Origin: Paraspadella gotoi
Taxonomy: Eukaryota > Animalia > Chaetognatha
DNA: 64,000 nt
Direction: 5' to 3'
NCBI GenBank assembly: GCA_051294375.1
Contig: CM119267.1
Span: 26,624,872-26,688,871, forward strand
Under the pieces are notes generated by a model. The model was not told where the DNA came from and did no database searches. It worked only from the letters and a program-made list of their open reading frames with translations. Positions within the stretch are counted from its first letter, which is position 1, and each line of letters starts with the position of its first letter. Positions 1-12,413 of the stretch are shown here, piece after piece. A program made the translations under genes and the position numbers.

Positions 1-292
1 TATAGCTTTTTCTAATTTTTGACCCACTTAATGAAGGAATTTTTCAAAAAGAGTTATATTTCTTTTCATCAACTTTTTATGACAAATCCAAATCTGCAAA
101 AAAAATCTTAGAAAACACTGTTTTGAAATTTTAACATTTATTGGTTTAATACTAGTATAAATATGGTCTACTGCGTAAATTGTAAAATTTATTATAAATA
201 TTTTTTTTGCATAAATGTTCATGTATAATGTTGTTCGTTCCTCACTTTTAGATTTTTAATTAAAGTTAAACTGAGGAATTTTACTACGTCTT

Positions 293-500
293 AATCTTCA
301 CCTGTCCTCACATCTGACCACTTTCCTTTACTAAATTCTTTGTTGGAACTCTCCCTCTCTCTCTCTCTTTCTCTCTCTCTCTCAATGTTTGTGAAATAAA
401 TTATTTTTGATTTCAAATGCTGATGAAGGCTTGAGTTGTAAGCCGAAACATGTCCAAAGTTAATAAAAAACTTTGTTGTTCCACAAAAATTTTCGTTTTT
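293..500 (+). mobile_element. Solo 3' end of the hammerhead-bearing Penelope-like family
   Basis: Family motif cacctgtcctcacatctgaccac, (CT)n, then CTGATGA-aggc..agcc-GAAA-catgtc at 420-454 and an AT-rich tail. Confidence 0.75.
420..454 (+). ncRNA. Minimal type I hammerhead ribozyme
   Basis: CTGATGA A GGCTT gagttgt AAGCC GAAA CATG TC; intact core, palindromic stem III ACATGT. Confidence 0.8.
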
Positions 501-749
501 AATTGATTGCAGATTTGAATTCCTCGTCAAAAGTTGATAAAAGAAAATATAAATCATTTTTAAAAATTATTTCATTAATTGGGTTCAAAATTTAAAAAAC
601 TATATTTAATATATAAAAAGTTAATTTTCAGCTTAAAATATAGCTTTTTCTAATTTTAGAATCTTAGAAAAAACTGTTTTGAAATTTTAACATTTATTGG
701 TTTAGTACTAGTATAAATATGGCCTACTGCGTAAATTGTAAAATTTATC

Positions 750-985
750 GCCTCATGTCCACCATCCTTAAGCCAAATCCATTGGATCAGAGGGGGAACA
801 CACCATCCCAGGCGTAGTGTTCCATCCACAGTCCTAACGACTTCCCTCTACGTTGGCAAAGCGAGACCGTCCTAGGGTAACCGCGCCAGTGACTGGAGGC
901 GTCACTGAGGGTCGGAAGCCCCCAAAGCCAACAGTGAGATGCCCCATTCCAATGGGCATCACAGGCAACCCGGCTGTTGCCATAA
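750..985 (+). repeat. Dispersed GC-rich repeat (SINE or LINE 3' end-like)
   Basis: Second copy on the minus strand at about 17328-17510 sharing ctagggtaaccgcgccagtgactg and catcacaggcaacccggctgttgccataa. Confidence 0.7.
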
Positions 986-1171
986 TATAGCTCGTTTTAC
1001 GACCGTCTCAGAAAAGGCTTGGGCGACTGTTTTGAGAATCTGTTGCGCAAAACCAAGCAGAATCAAAAATCCTCGGTCTCTCCGGTGTCCAACTTTAGCA
1101 AGGATCGGGACCATGGACAGGCTTATTTTGTGATGAAAAATTATCCTAATGCCTCACCTCGAGATGCTTAG

Positions 1172-1873
1172 GAAGATCTTTGCCAAACGGATCCCGACAT
1201 TTGTCCTGACGTCTACCAGTTCACTCGGATTTCATCGAACACATTTGACGCATCTTGGAACAATCCGTCCTATTTTGCTGTTACCCTTCTTAGAACCCAA
1301 TATGATTCATTATTGAAGAAAGAAAACTTAGTTCCCATTGTGAGACACGACGCTCGCACGCTGGCCTTCCACTGGCCTCCTTTTAATTTGGTCGATGGAG
1401 ATGAGGCACGAAGGAACGAGAGCCGCCTTGATGAATTAGCGTGGTGGGAGAAGCAAGTCGCCGTCTTTTATTACATCGGGGCCATTAACGTGACTCATCA
1501 ACGCCGCGACTCTTTTCTCACCGAAACCCCGATAACCAGTCCATTTTCGGGAAGCTATGAACCTATGGCAGTTGAAAATTTCCCGCCCTCGGTTGATACG
1601 CTTTTGCTGGTTACCTGGCCTTTGACGACAAGTTCCATCAATTCTGCCAATCTTGAATTTCGGTTCCGTGGACGCGATTTAACGGCTCATCGCGTCTCTG
1701 CGTCGGTTTTAGAGTTTTCGCGGGCAAAGACGGAAAGATTTGACTCGGCGTTTTCTTTAATTGTTTCTTTGAATCCAGAACCAGAAAAAAGAATTCATCG
1801 CATCAATCAATCCATCGTCGCATCAATTTGGATATCCCGAAGAACTCGGAGCATCGTAAACGCAATCAATTAA
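1172..1873 (+). CDS. Probable terminal exon of an unidentified upstream gene (or pseudogene fragment)
   Basis: GC-richer block with a frame open for 234 codons from just after gatgcttAG (1171) to TAA (1873): EDLCQTDPDICPDVYQF...LAFHWPPFNLVDG...WWEKQVAVFYYIG. The same frame is also open 986-1168. No family recognised; a minus-strand reading was tried and gave stops. Confidence 0.4.
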   Translation, partial: EDLCQTDPDICPDVYQFTRISSNTFDASWNNPSYFAVTLLRTQYDSLLKKENLVPIVRHDARTLAFHWPPFNLVDGDEARRNESRLDELAWWEKQVAVFYYIGAINVTHQRRDSFLTETPITSPFSGSYEPMAVENFPPSVDTLLLVTWPLTTSSINSANLEFRFRGRDLTAHRVSASVLEFSRAKTERFDSAFSLIVSLNPEPEKRIHRINQSIVASIWISRRTRSIVNAIN

Positions 1874-2235
1874 AGCCGTCAACCAACAGCTACGTAAGCT
1901 ACGACCCCCTATAACCGGTCCATGGGTGGCTGCAGCTCAGATGAAATTATAATTAACTATTTCAAAAGCTATTCTTGAGCTCAATTGCCATTATTAATTC
2001 CACAATAATTTTACTTTTATTTTTTCGTTGAAAGCCGCGTAAGAAAATTTCGCTTGCTGTATATGTATTTTATATTCTGGCCTTTTGAAAGATGTCGGTA
2101 TGTCTGATTAAAAACCAATTTAGAGTTCCAAATTTAATTATTTAGGTTTTTAGGTATCGAAGTAGCCTTTAAAGGATATTCACTTCTAAGACTTTCCTAA
2201 AAGTTAAAGATTTGTCAATTATAATAAGAGCAAAG

Positions 2236-2911
2236 ATGACTTCGCGGTTTAACCTCTCTCTCTTTACCGCGGTCTGCTTAGCGGCCTATTTCTCCTTCAT
2301 TGCGGATCAGTTGGAGGTCCACGGCGCTTTTGCGTTAAATTCGTCATCCGATTCTTTTATTAGCGCTGCCACCGACGCGTTTGCCTCTTTGAACGCATCT
2401 GAGGAAAACAACGACATCGCAACGAAGCTGAGTAGCACGACCACACCCGGCAACTTAACGCCGACAACGATGACGCCCGGCACCTCAACGCCGACGATGC
2501 CGCCCAGCTCCTCGCCGACGACGCCGCCCGGCTCCTCGCCGACCACGACGCCCGGCAACTGGACTCCGCCCGGCACCTTGATGCCGACGTCGCCCGGCAC
2601 GCCGACGACATCGCCCGGCACAACGACGACGTTGCCCGGCACCTCGATGACGATTCCCGGCACCTCGACGCTGATGACGACGTCGCCCGGCCCCTCGACG
2701 CCGATGACGACGTCGCCCGGCACCTCAATGCCAACAACGCCGCCCGTCACCATGACTCCGTCGACGCCACCTCACCCGCCAATTCTCTCTTTCGTTGTGA
2801 TTCGGGGAAACGAGACGCTGCTGAGAGCGAAACTCGGCGCCAGGATTCGAATCCACGACGATGACGGCAAAGACTTTGTTGTTGATCTTCCCAACAGGAC
2901 CATTGCCACTG
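2236..2911 (+). CDS. LAMP: LAMP exon 1 (signal peptide, mucin-like T/P/S repeats, start of LAMP domain)
   Basis: MTSRFNLSLFTAVCLAAYF...TTPG repeats...NETLLRAKLGARIRI...NRTIATG; donor g|gttggt at 2912 (a same-phase donor a few codons downstream is possible). Confidence 0.85.
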
Positions 2912-5900
2912 GTTGGTCGGGTCAAGGAGAGGAGGACTGGGCGGAGGGGGAAGGAAATTGGATTGTTAATTGGGTTGGCGGCCCGCTTTAGGTGTCTCTT
3001 CTCGTCAAATTTGTTGATATCGTAAATCTCGTTCTCACAGGCTCCACGAATTGGCTTCTCCTCACTTTTGATTCCCACAAATTGATTTTCGTCTTCGTCA
3101 ACGATTCCGTTGAAGTTTCCTACGAAACTTGGAGATTGTATGGGATCACCTTCACCGATCGGAGTGAGTAACTCGGATCATTTATTCTCATGATTGATAC
3201 TAATAAAGTATCGAACTAAAATAAATGTATATCATAATATATAATAATTTAATAATCATCTACTTCTACAAAAGAAGTGAGACGAGCTCTCTCCTGATCC
3301 ACTTTTATCATCGCCCGGACCAACTTGACCTTACGGTCTCCTCGGCCCTATTACTCTGTCCAGTAGAGTGGTGTGAAAATGATAAAATTTTAGAAAATTA
3401 AAATTCTATTTTTTAATTTTATACATTAGTGGGCACCAGTGAGCTATATTTATTAAGGCGTAGTAAAATTTCTAAATTTAACTTTAATTAAAATTCTAAA
3501 AGTGAGGAACGAACAACATTATACTAATGAACATTTATGTAATAAAATAATTTCTAATAAATTTTACAATTTACACAGTAGGCCATATTTATACTAGTAC
3601 TAAACCAATAAATGTTAAAATTTCAAAACAGTTTTTTCTAAGATTTTTTTGCAGATTTGGATTCGTCATAAAAAGTTGGTAAAAAGAAATATAACTCTTT
3701 TTTAAAAATTCCTTCATTAAGTGGGTTAAAAATTAGAAAAATATATTTTGTTTACATTTTATCAAAACAAACAAATTTTCTCTCTTTTATTTTCATATTT
3801 CTTTCTCTCTCTCTTTTTTCTTTTAATTACATGTCTCTCTCCCTCTCTCTTTTTCCTAGTCACTGATTCATAATCATAGGTAGCGGTAGCCGCACTCAAT
3901 GGGGTGAGTCAAAAATTTAGAGTGAGTACATGCTCAAACGAATATTTAGACATTTTTAAGAATACTTTCAATGGACAAAAAATTTCTAATATGGCTCTAT
4001 ACCCTAGTAATTAATTTTTTAATATTTATTTATTGATAAGACAGGTCAAAAAATTTTTTGAGAATTTTTAAATTTTAAGACCAGATTCAGATAGCTCATA
4101 AAAAGTTGTCTACACAAAGTATGATTCTTTTTTAAATATTTTTACGATAAGTGTGTCAAAAATAAGAAAAACTGTAAAAAATCATAATCATCTTTTGATG
4201 ATTTTATCAGTTTTTCTATATTTTCACTTAGAAAACGTAAGAATTTTTAAAAGCTGTAATTATATTTTTTGTTTAACTTTTTATGCTCTATCAGAATCCA
4301 TCAAAAAATTTTAAGATTTAAAAAAAAAATTTTTTGCTCTATATAGTAATATAATATTTTTAATTAGGCGAGTACCCTCAGAAGAAAGCATTTTTGACAA
4401 AAAATATTTTAATACCATAATCTATGGTCATGATAGATTATTTTAACGCTGTATACATTAGCATTTAAATTTCATCGGCTATGGCTATCATAGGGGAAAA
4501 AAACGAGCCTGCAGCTGGCTCTGCAAAGGCTTATTCTTTTTCTCTCTTTTCTCCTGCTGCTTCTGCCTTTTGATTTCTTTCTTTGCAGCTGGCTCTGCAG
4601 GGGCTCTTTCTTTTTCTCTTTTTTTCTGCTGCTTCTGCTGCTGTCTTTTGATTTCTTTCTCTCTCTCTCTCTTTCTCTCTTCTAAAAATTTTTATTATCG
4701 CCATTTATACTCAAATTTACATCTGAGATTTTCGTGGATTTTTTTCGTGGATTATTTTTTTTTTATATTCTTTATTTTTCTCAAATTTAATTTTTTTAGT
4801 ATCGAAATTTGTCATCAATCCAGATTTTTCTTATGCAATTGCGACGATCCTATTGCTTTTAAGATTTTTTTAGTCGGATCTGCTTATCAGCAGATCCCGA
4901 ATCTATAATTCACTTTGTCGGTCCGTCGGTCCGCCCCCTCAATATTGTCGGGCACTCACTTATATCATGTCAGAACATCGAATTATGATAAATTATGCAA
5001 AAAAAAAAGATGTCCGTCCGTCTCTGTCCGTTCGTCCGTCCCACCTTAGCAAATAACACCAATTACTAGTGATTGAATGGATGGATTGGAATGAAATTTT
5101 GTGTGTGGGTAGGGAAGTGAGTGATTGAGCTGGATATGAAATTTTGATGGAATCGTCCGAGTGGAAATGAGTTTAAATGTAAAAAACAAAAAAATATATT
5201 TCACTATTTGAACACCAATTACTCATGAGTGGATAGGGTGATTGACTTTAAATTTTGTATTTGGGTAGAAAGGTGTGTGATTAAACTGGATATGAAGTTT
5301 CGATGGAATCGTCCAAGTGGAAATGAGTTTAAATGGAAAAAACAAAGAACCTGTTTCACTAATTGATTATGCTTCTTTTTCTTTTTATTTTAAATGTAAA
5401 TGCAAGATGTATTAATTAATCATTAATTAATCAGTCAATCAATCAAGTCAATCGTTATCGGCATTATTCTCATCGTCGTCATTGCTTTTGTCCTAGTTAA
5501 TGACAAAGTCCTAAAAACAAACATTTGGGATCAAATTAATTAATTAATTGTCTAATTAATTAATTAACTTGAATTATTTAATTAATAATTAATTAATTAA
5601 TAATTAATTAATTTTCGATAATGATCGTGGGCAGATCCAACATTGTTTGCTCAAACTTGTTAATATATTCTTTTACCGGCCAATGTAGAATGCTGGCAAT
5701 ATTGCTATTGTTAAGATTCAAAAAAATCCGATCATAATTATAGAAAATATTAACCAAAATTTTTGGAAAATCCACCCCTTCTTTGGAAGATTTTCGCCAT
5801 AGAAGATTTTTCCCAAATCTGACTCCCGGTTGAAAACTCTTTTACTTTTAATAAAAATTTCACCAAAATGGACTAATTCACTTTACCATGATCATATCAT

Positions 5901-8900
5901 ATTAAAATAAATAAATAAAATGTAAAGAAAAATTTTGAGAGCCCTTCAGACATATGGCTATCGGATTCCTGAATTTGAATAGGGTAACTTGGAATGTTCA
6001 AAGAATGTCCTTAGAAATAGAAGGTTCTCACTTAAGAAAAGCACGGTTAGTAGAGCTCCCAGAAATACCATGCATTTTTGAAAGTTCCTGATACCTGTAA
6101 AGTTTCTTGTGCCAAATTCAGTGGAGAAAACGAATATCACAATAAAAAATTTCCCTGATGCTCTTGATGATTTTCCACGCCAGTTTTTTCGTCGTACCAC
6201 TTCCGGTTTTAAAAAATAAGGATTTTTGGAAAAAATGAGCTGTTATTCAGCCAGCATACTTAAATTATATCAAAATAAAGTTATTAATAACCTTATTACT
6301 AAATTTTTTGTTGTGGTTTTTAAATAAGGTTAAAAAATTATTATTAAGAAAGACTTCAAATTAGAAATTATTAGTTTTTTTAAGCCAAATCGTCCCTGAC
6401 CAAATTACTTTACAAATTCTAATAAGATTTATAAGAAAATATGATTTGGTTATATAAATAGAACTCTCTAAGGGATTTTAAATATTTAATCCTTAAGCCA
6501 GATATTGTCTTAAGGTTTGCCATGATCACAAAGAAGCAGCGAATTAGATAAAAGGCGCTTTGGCCTTTGTGGCTAGCAAGCCTCCCACTAACCTTAACCC
6601 TAACTCTCTCAACCAAAACCTTAGTCTAGGCCTTTTATTCATTTGCAAGCCTCAAATCTTTATCCCTAGTACAAGCCTTTCTAAGCTCGCTTATAACAAG
6701 ATTAGTATTGTGATATTGCAATTTGGACAGGCTAAGAAAAGGACAGGAAGCTTGGGTTAGGGTTAGGGAAAGTACTGGGAGAGGAATTAAGAATTAAAAC
6801 TTAGCCTATATGGATGGCGGGAAGAGGGATGCCTGAGTTGAGGCTCAGAGGTGAACCTCAGGCTGATGTGAGGGTTGGTGGAGAGGCTCTGGAGTGGATG
6901 CAGGGCTAGGGTTCTGGCATGATAAAACAGGAGGCCTAGGTTAGGGTTAGGGCTAGGAAGTGGCTCTCTGCAGATTTCACCAGCCAGGAAAACTGGTGAG
7001 GGTTGGATCAGGGACCGGTTTGGGGTTAAGGTTGAGCAGGAAGTACTCGAGCGTTAGGTGTTACTAGAAGGATTAGGGGTTTTTTCTCTGGCGCCGGTTC
7101 TCGCGTTCCATTGGTTTGCACCTCCTCGCTGCCCTTCGCTCTCGCCTCAACGTTTTTCGGCTATTCTCTGGGCGCTCCTTTTTTTGGAGGCGGTCATTGA
7201 CGCCCCGCCAGTATCTACATGCGCCATGGCGGTTTCGGAACTCTTCGATCTCGGCGTCGATCGCGGCATTATCTTTGGGGCCTGAGTCTTGTCCAGAGAC
7301 CAGTCGTTCTTCCGGCTTTTCTGTACGGACGTCTAGTGGGGCGCCTTATTGGGCGTTTTTCGGGACTTTTGACGCGTCCCCCAGCCCAGCAGCACTTCAA
7401 CGGAGTCGGCGCAACGTCGGGGCTGGGCCCTGCGGCAGCGCTGAGGCCGTGAGATAAGAAAAATAATTCCGTTCAGAATTTTATATTTTAAATTTGCAAA
7501 CAGGGATTAGGGGTAGGTAAAGTTTTGGGGGTTTAGGGTTAGGCATTAGAGTGATGTAAAAATGATAAAATTTTTGAAAATTAAAATTTAGCATATAAAA
7601 CATGAACGTAAATAGCGGAGGCCGACCGAATTAAAATTTTAATGGGAACAGCATTAAACTAATCCATTATTGGTATTAATTATTGCGTTAAAATATTTTT
7701 TTGCAAAAATGTTCCGAACCATGAGTAATTCGCTAATTAATATTATTATATTGCTATATAATGTCAAAAAATTGTTTTGGATATTTTAAGTTTTTTTAAT
7801 TGATTTTGATAGAGCTTAAAAAGTTAAGCAAAAAATATAATTATATCTTTTATTTGAAATTAAAGACGAAATCTTTTACATCAACAATTTTTATTTTTAA
7901 AGGTGCATACAAGTTTTGGCTTTCATTCAAGCCTTCATCAGTGCTTTGACAATTCACAATTTGATCTTTTTTTAAATTGACTTTGGGAGAGAGAGAGAGA
8001 GAAGAAATGGCCAACAAAGATGTGAGACAGGACAGTGGTGAAATGTGAGGACAGGTTTAAGAGAGAGAGAGAGAGAATGTGAGGGAAAAGAAATTAAATT
8101 TTGTGAGAGAGAGAGAGAGAGAGAGACAGAGAAGCAGAGGTAAACATTTGGTAGGAAAATTACATTAGATAATGTACAACAATAGTAAATTTAATAAATA
8201 AGTAAAAATAATTAAACAAACTAAATGATTTAAATTAATTCAGATTAAAATAAAGTGAATAAAGAAATGAAATTTAGATGAAATGGAAATAAGGATGTTG
8301 AGGGATAGGTAAGTAAAAGAGTAAGTGAAAAATAAGAAAAAGAAAAAGCTCAAAATGAGCTGGCCCCCCTGGGTCAACAATGGGGGATGCTGGCGATGTG
8401 GTCGGATCATTGGTTTGTCATAGGCTGAGAGGCTATTGTGGTGGAGTGCGACATGGACGGGCCAAGTGCAACTCGAATATCTCTCAGGCCTGATAAACCT
8501 GCCAACGGCCCTTGTCTCGCCTGTTGGCGAGGCGGGCGGTGGTCTGTTCTTGCCTGTTTTGCAACGGGAGTTACAGACTCCCTCTCCTCCTGCAACCGTT
8601 TTTTTGGTGGGCGCCCGGTCCGAGGAGAGTCGGACTGGGTTGTTGGAGAGGATGAGGCATCGGACATCCCTTGCGTATCGTATTTTCAGCTTTTTCTTTT
8701 TCTTATTTTTCACTTACTCTTTCACTTACTTATCCCTCAACATCCTTATTTCCATTTAGTCTAAATTTCATTTCTTTATTCACTTTATTTTAATCTGAAT
8801 TAATTTAAATCATTTAGTTTGTTTAAGTCTGTTTACTAAATTTACTATTGTTGTACATTATCTAATGTATTTTCATACCAAATGTTAACCTCTGCTTCTC

Positions 8901-9389
8901 TGTCTCTCTCTCTCTCACTCACAAAATTTAATTTCTTTTCCCTCACATTCTCTCTCTCTATCTCTCTTAAACCTGTCTTCACATTTCACCACTGTCCTGT
9001 CTCACATCTTTGTTGGTCATTTCTTCTCTCTCTCTCTCCCAAAGTCAATTTAAAAAAAGATTAAATTGTGAATTGTCAAAGCACTGATTAAGGCTTGAAT
9101 GAAAGCCGAAACTTGTATGCACCTTTAAAAATAAAAATCGTTGATGTAAAAGATTTCGTCTTTAATTTCAAATAAAAGTTATAATTATATTTTTTGCTTA
9201 ACTTTTTAAGCTCTATCAAAATCAATTAAAAAAACTTAAATTATCCAAAAAAATTTTTGACATTATATAGCAATATAATAATATTAATTAGGGAATTACG
9301 TTATCTAATGTATTTTCATACCAAATGTTAACCTCTGCTTCTCTCTCTCTCTCTCTCATTCACAAAAGTTAATTTCTTTTCCCTCACAT

Positions 9390-9420
<31 letters not shown>

Positions 9421-12375
9421 CCTGTCCTCACATTTCACCACTGTCCTGTCTCATATTTTTGTTGGCCATTTCTTTTCTCTCTCTCTCTCCCAAAGTCAAT
9501 TTAAAAAAGATCAAATTGTGAATTGTCAAAGCACTGATAAAGGCTTGAATGAAAGCCGAAACTTGTATGCACCTTTAAAAATAAAAATGGTTGATGTAAA
9601 AGATTTCATCTTTAATCTCAAATAAAAAAAGATTTAAAATTTTTGATAATTCACTTTTGACTCTCTTAATTGAACCAAGGCTCGGTACCTTAATTTTTAT
9701 GTTAGAGCTTTCTTAAGTATATCATTCTCTTCATTTTTTAAAGGGCTTTCTGAGGATATTAATATTGTTAATATTTTATTAATACTTTGTTTAAAAAAGT
9801 GCTAAAAGTTAAAGAAAAAAAAAATTTAAAATCAGTGAGTTGGAAAATGAAACCCGATTTTACAAGCCAACTTTTTCTACTCATTGTCAAGGCATATCTT
9901 AACCAGGGATGCTGGAGGCGCTAAATTTCGCCCGCCTCCCGAGACCCCCCTCGCCTCCGGTTTTGGTTCGCCTCTCATTTTAAGTACGGATCTGCTTATC
10001 AGCGGATCCGACTCTATTAATCACTTTTCTATAATCCTTTTTTCGTCGTCTGGTCGCCCCTCAATATTGTACCGGGCACAACACTTATTCATGTCAGACA
10101 ACATCGGAATTATTGATAAATTATTGCAAAAAAAATGGATGTCACGTGCCGTCCGTCTGTCACGTCCGTCGTCCGTCCGATCCGTCTTCTCAGGTCCGTC
10201 CCACCTTAAGCAAAAACACCATTACTCGTGATTGGAATGGATGATTTAAATGAAATTTTGTGTGAGGATAGGTAGTAACGTGTGTGGTGATTGACGATAT
10301 GAAGTTTCGATTGGAATCGTCCGAGTGGAACACTGAGTTTTAAATGGAAAAACAAAAAAATATAATTCACATAATTTGAGATACCAATTGCTCATGAGTG
10401 GATGGGCTGATTGACCTGGAAATTTTGTATGTGGGTAGGAAAGTGTGTGATGAACAGGAATCAGAGTTTCGATGGAATAGTTTGAGTGGAAATGAGTTTA
10501 AATGGAAAAAAACAAAAAACTGTTTTACTAAGTTGATTATGCTTCTTTTTCCTTTTATATAAATGTATCTGCAGGATTTTAATGAAATCGAAATAATTAA
10601 TCAGTTGTAATGTACTCAATTAGTAAATAAAGATTAATCAAGTAATTATGCATTAATTAGTTCAATTCAATCCGATCCATATCCCGGGTTTTTTTGCCCA
10701 TTTAGCAACAAAGCGTCCAATAACTCGTGATTGGCTGTTGGATTGGAATTAAATTTGTGTGTGTGGGTACGGATAGGAGGTGGTGGTGTATAAAGCTGGA
10801 TATGATTAATTTTTCGATGGAATCGTGTGAGTGGAAATTTAGTTAAATGGAAAAGAAACATAAGTCGAATTTACTCTAAGTATTCTTTACTTATTTGTTA
10901 ACCAATAAATATCTTCGCAATTTATCATAGATTGGATGGATAGATTGAGTTGAAATTTTTGGTGTTGTGGGTAGGAAAAACGTATGACGAAGCTTGATAT
11001 AAAGTGTCAGTGGAGAACGTACCAAGTTGTGGTAAACGTTTGAGGTTTTAAAATGTGGAAAAGAACTGTATGAGTCACATTTACCTTCGAAGATCTTTTT
11101 ATTTATCTTACGCGCGCAGTGATCAGATTGAGGATGAGATTTGTGAGCCGGGGTATTGAATGTGAAGGTGCAAGATAAGCTAGATATATATGATGAGGTT
11201 GTGACGGAATGCAAGTTTGAAAAATTTATGCAAGTTGAAAAAATGATAGCAAGTTAAAAATCTGTAAAAGCATAAGGTCGTCGCTAATTGCATAAAAAGA
11301 GAGAGAGATGAGAGAGAAAGAAGAGACGTGAGAGAGAGAGAGATGAAGGTGACAAAAAAGAGAGAAAGGAGAGAGAGTGGAGAGAGGAGAGAGAGAAGGA
11401 GACATTAACAATTAAAAAATCTGCTAAAAGACGTCAAGTATCGAGCCAGAGCCCCACTATCATAGAAAATTAGCTGAAAAATAACCGGGAAAAAAAACGG
11501 AATTGAAGCTGATCATGCGATAAACGAATTGTTGATCGTATAGTATTGATGTGAGGTAATACTGATTGATTATGTAATAGTGAATTTATTGATGTAATGG
11601 GGAATCGTGATTATTGATTGCTGATAATCAATTATTGATGCGGATATGTCATTGGTGACTACTGCTGTGATGAATAGTCATTCAGTGAATGGCCGATCGA
11701 TTGTCATTCATTGATGCGATGATTGTCCTTCATTGATGGCGATGATAGTCAATAAAACAAACAATGCGTGTATAGTGAAAGAGAGAGAGATAAGAGGAGA
11801 AGAGAGAGAGAGAGAAGAGACGAGAGAGAAAAAAGAGAGAGAGAGAGAAAGAGACGAGAGACAGAGAGAGAGAGAGAGAAGGAGAAGATATAGGAATAGG
11901 AATCCACGAGAAATCTCCTGGATGAAAATATGGGATTTTGTATTGGAAAAAAGCGGCGGAATAAATGGCAAATAATAAAGGTTTTAGAAAGGAAAAAAAA
12001 TAATCAGAATTTTCCAAAAAACAAACGATCACTGCAAAAGATCGGACAGATAGGGACAGACAACAAAAACACACAGAGAGACAAGGCAGAGAGAGAGAGA
12101 GAAAAAGAGGAGAGAGAGAGAGAGAGAGAGACAGGCCGCTGGCCAGAGAAAAGAGAAAGAGAAAGAGCGATAATATAATAATCTAAAGAGAGAGAAGAGA
12201 GAAGCTCTATATCAGCCCCTTTACCTCGTTAAAGAATCAGCAGTACTTATGGCGGCCGGCACGTAGCCGTGAGCTATTCTCTAACCCAAAGGACCCGGGT
12301 TGCGCCCTGTTCGCGGCATCGATTTTTTACATTAGTGACCCACATTATAGTCTAAAAAATTTTTTGTAAAAAAAA

Positions 12376-12413
<38 letters not shown>

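Noticed and set aside
1000-1930. Minus-strand gene head-to-head with LAMP
   Set aside because: Splice-like signals exist, but every joined frame tried hit stops; the plus-strand frame is much longer.
2307-2753. Antisense ORFs over LAMP exon 1
   Set aside because: Shadow frames of the GC-rich mucin repeat.
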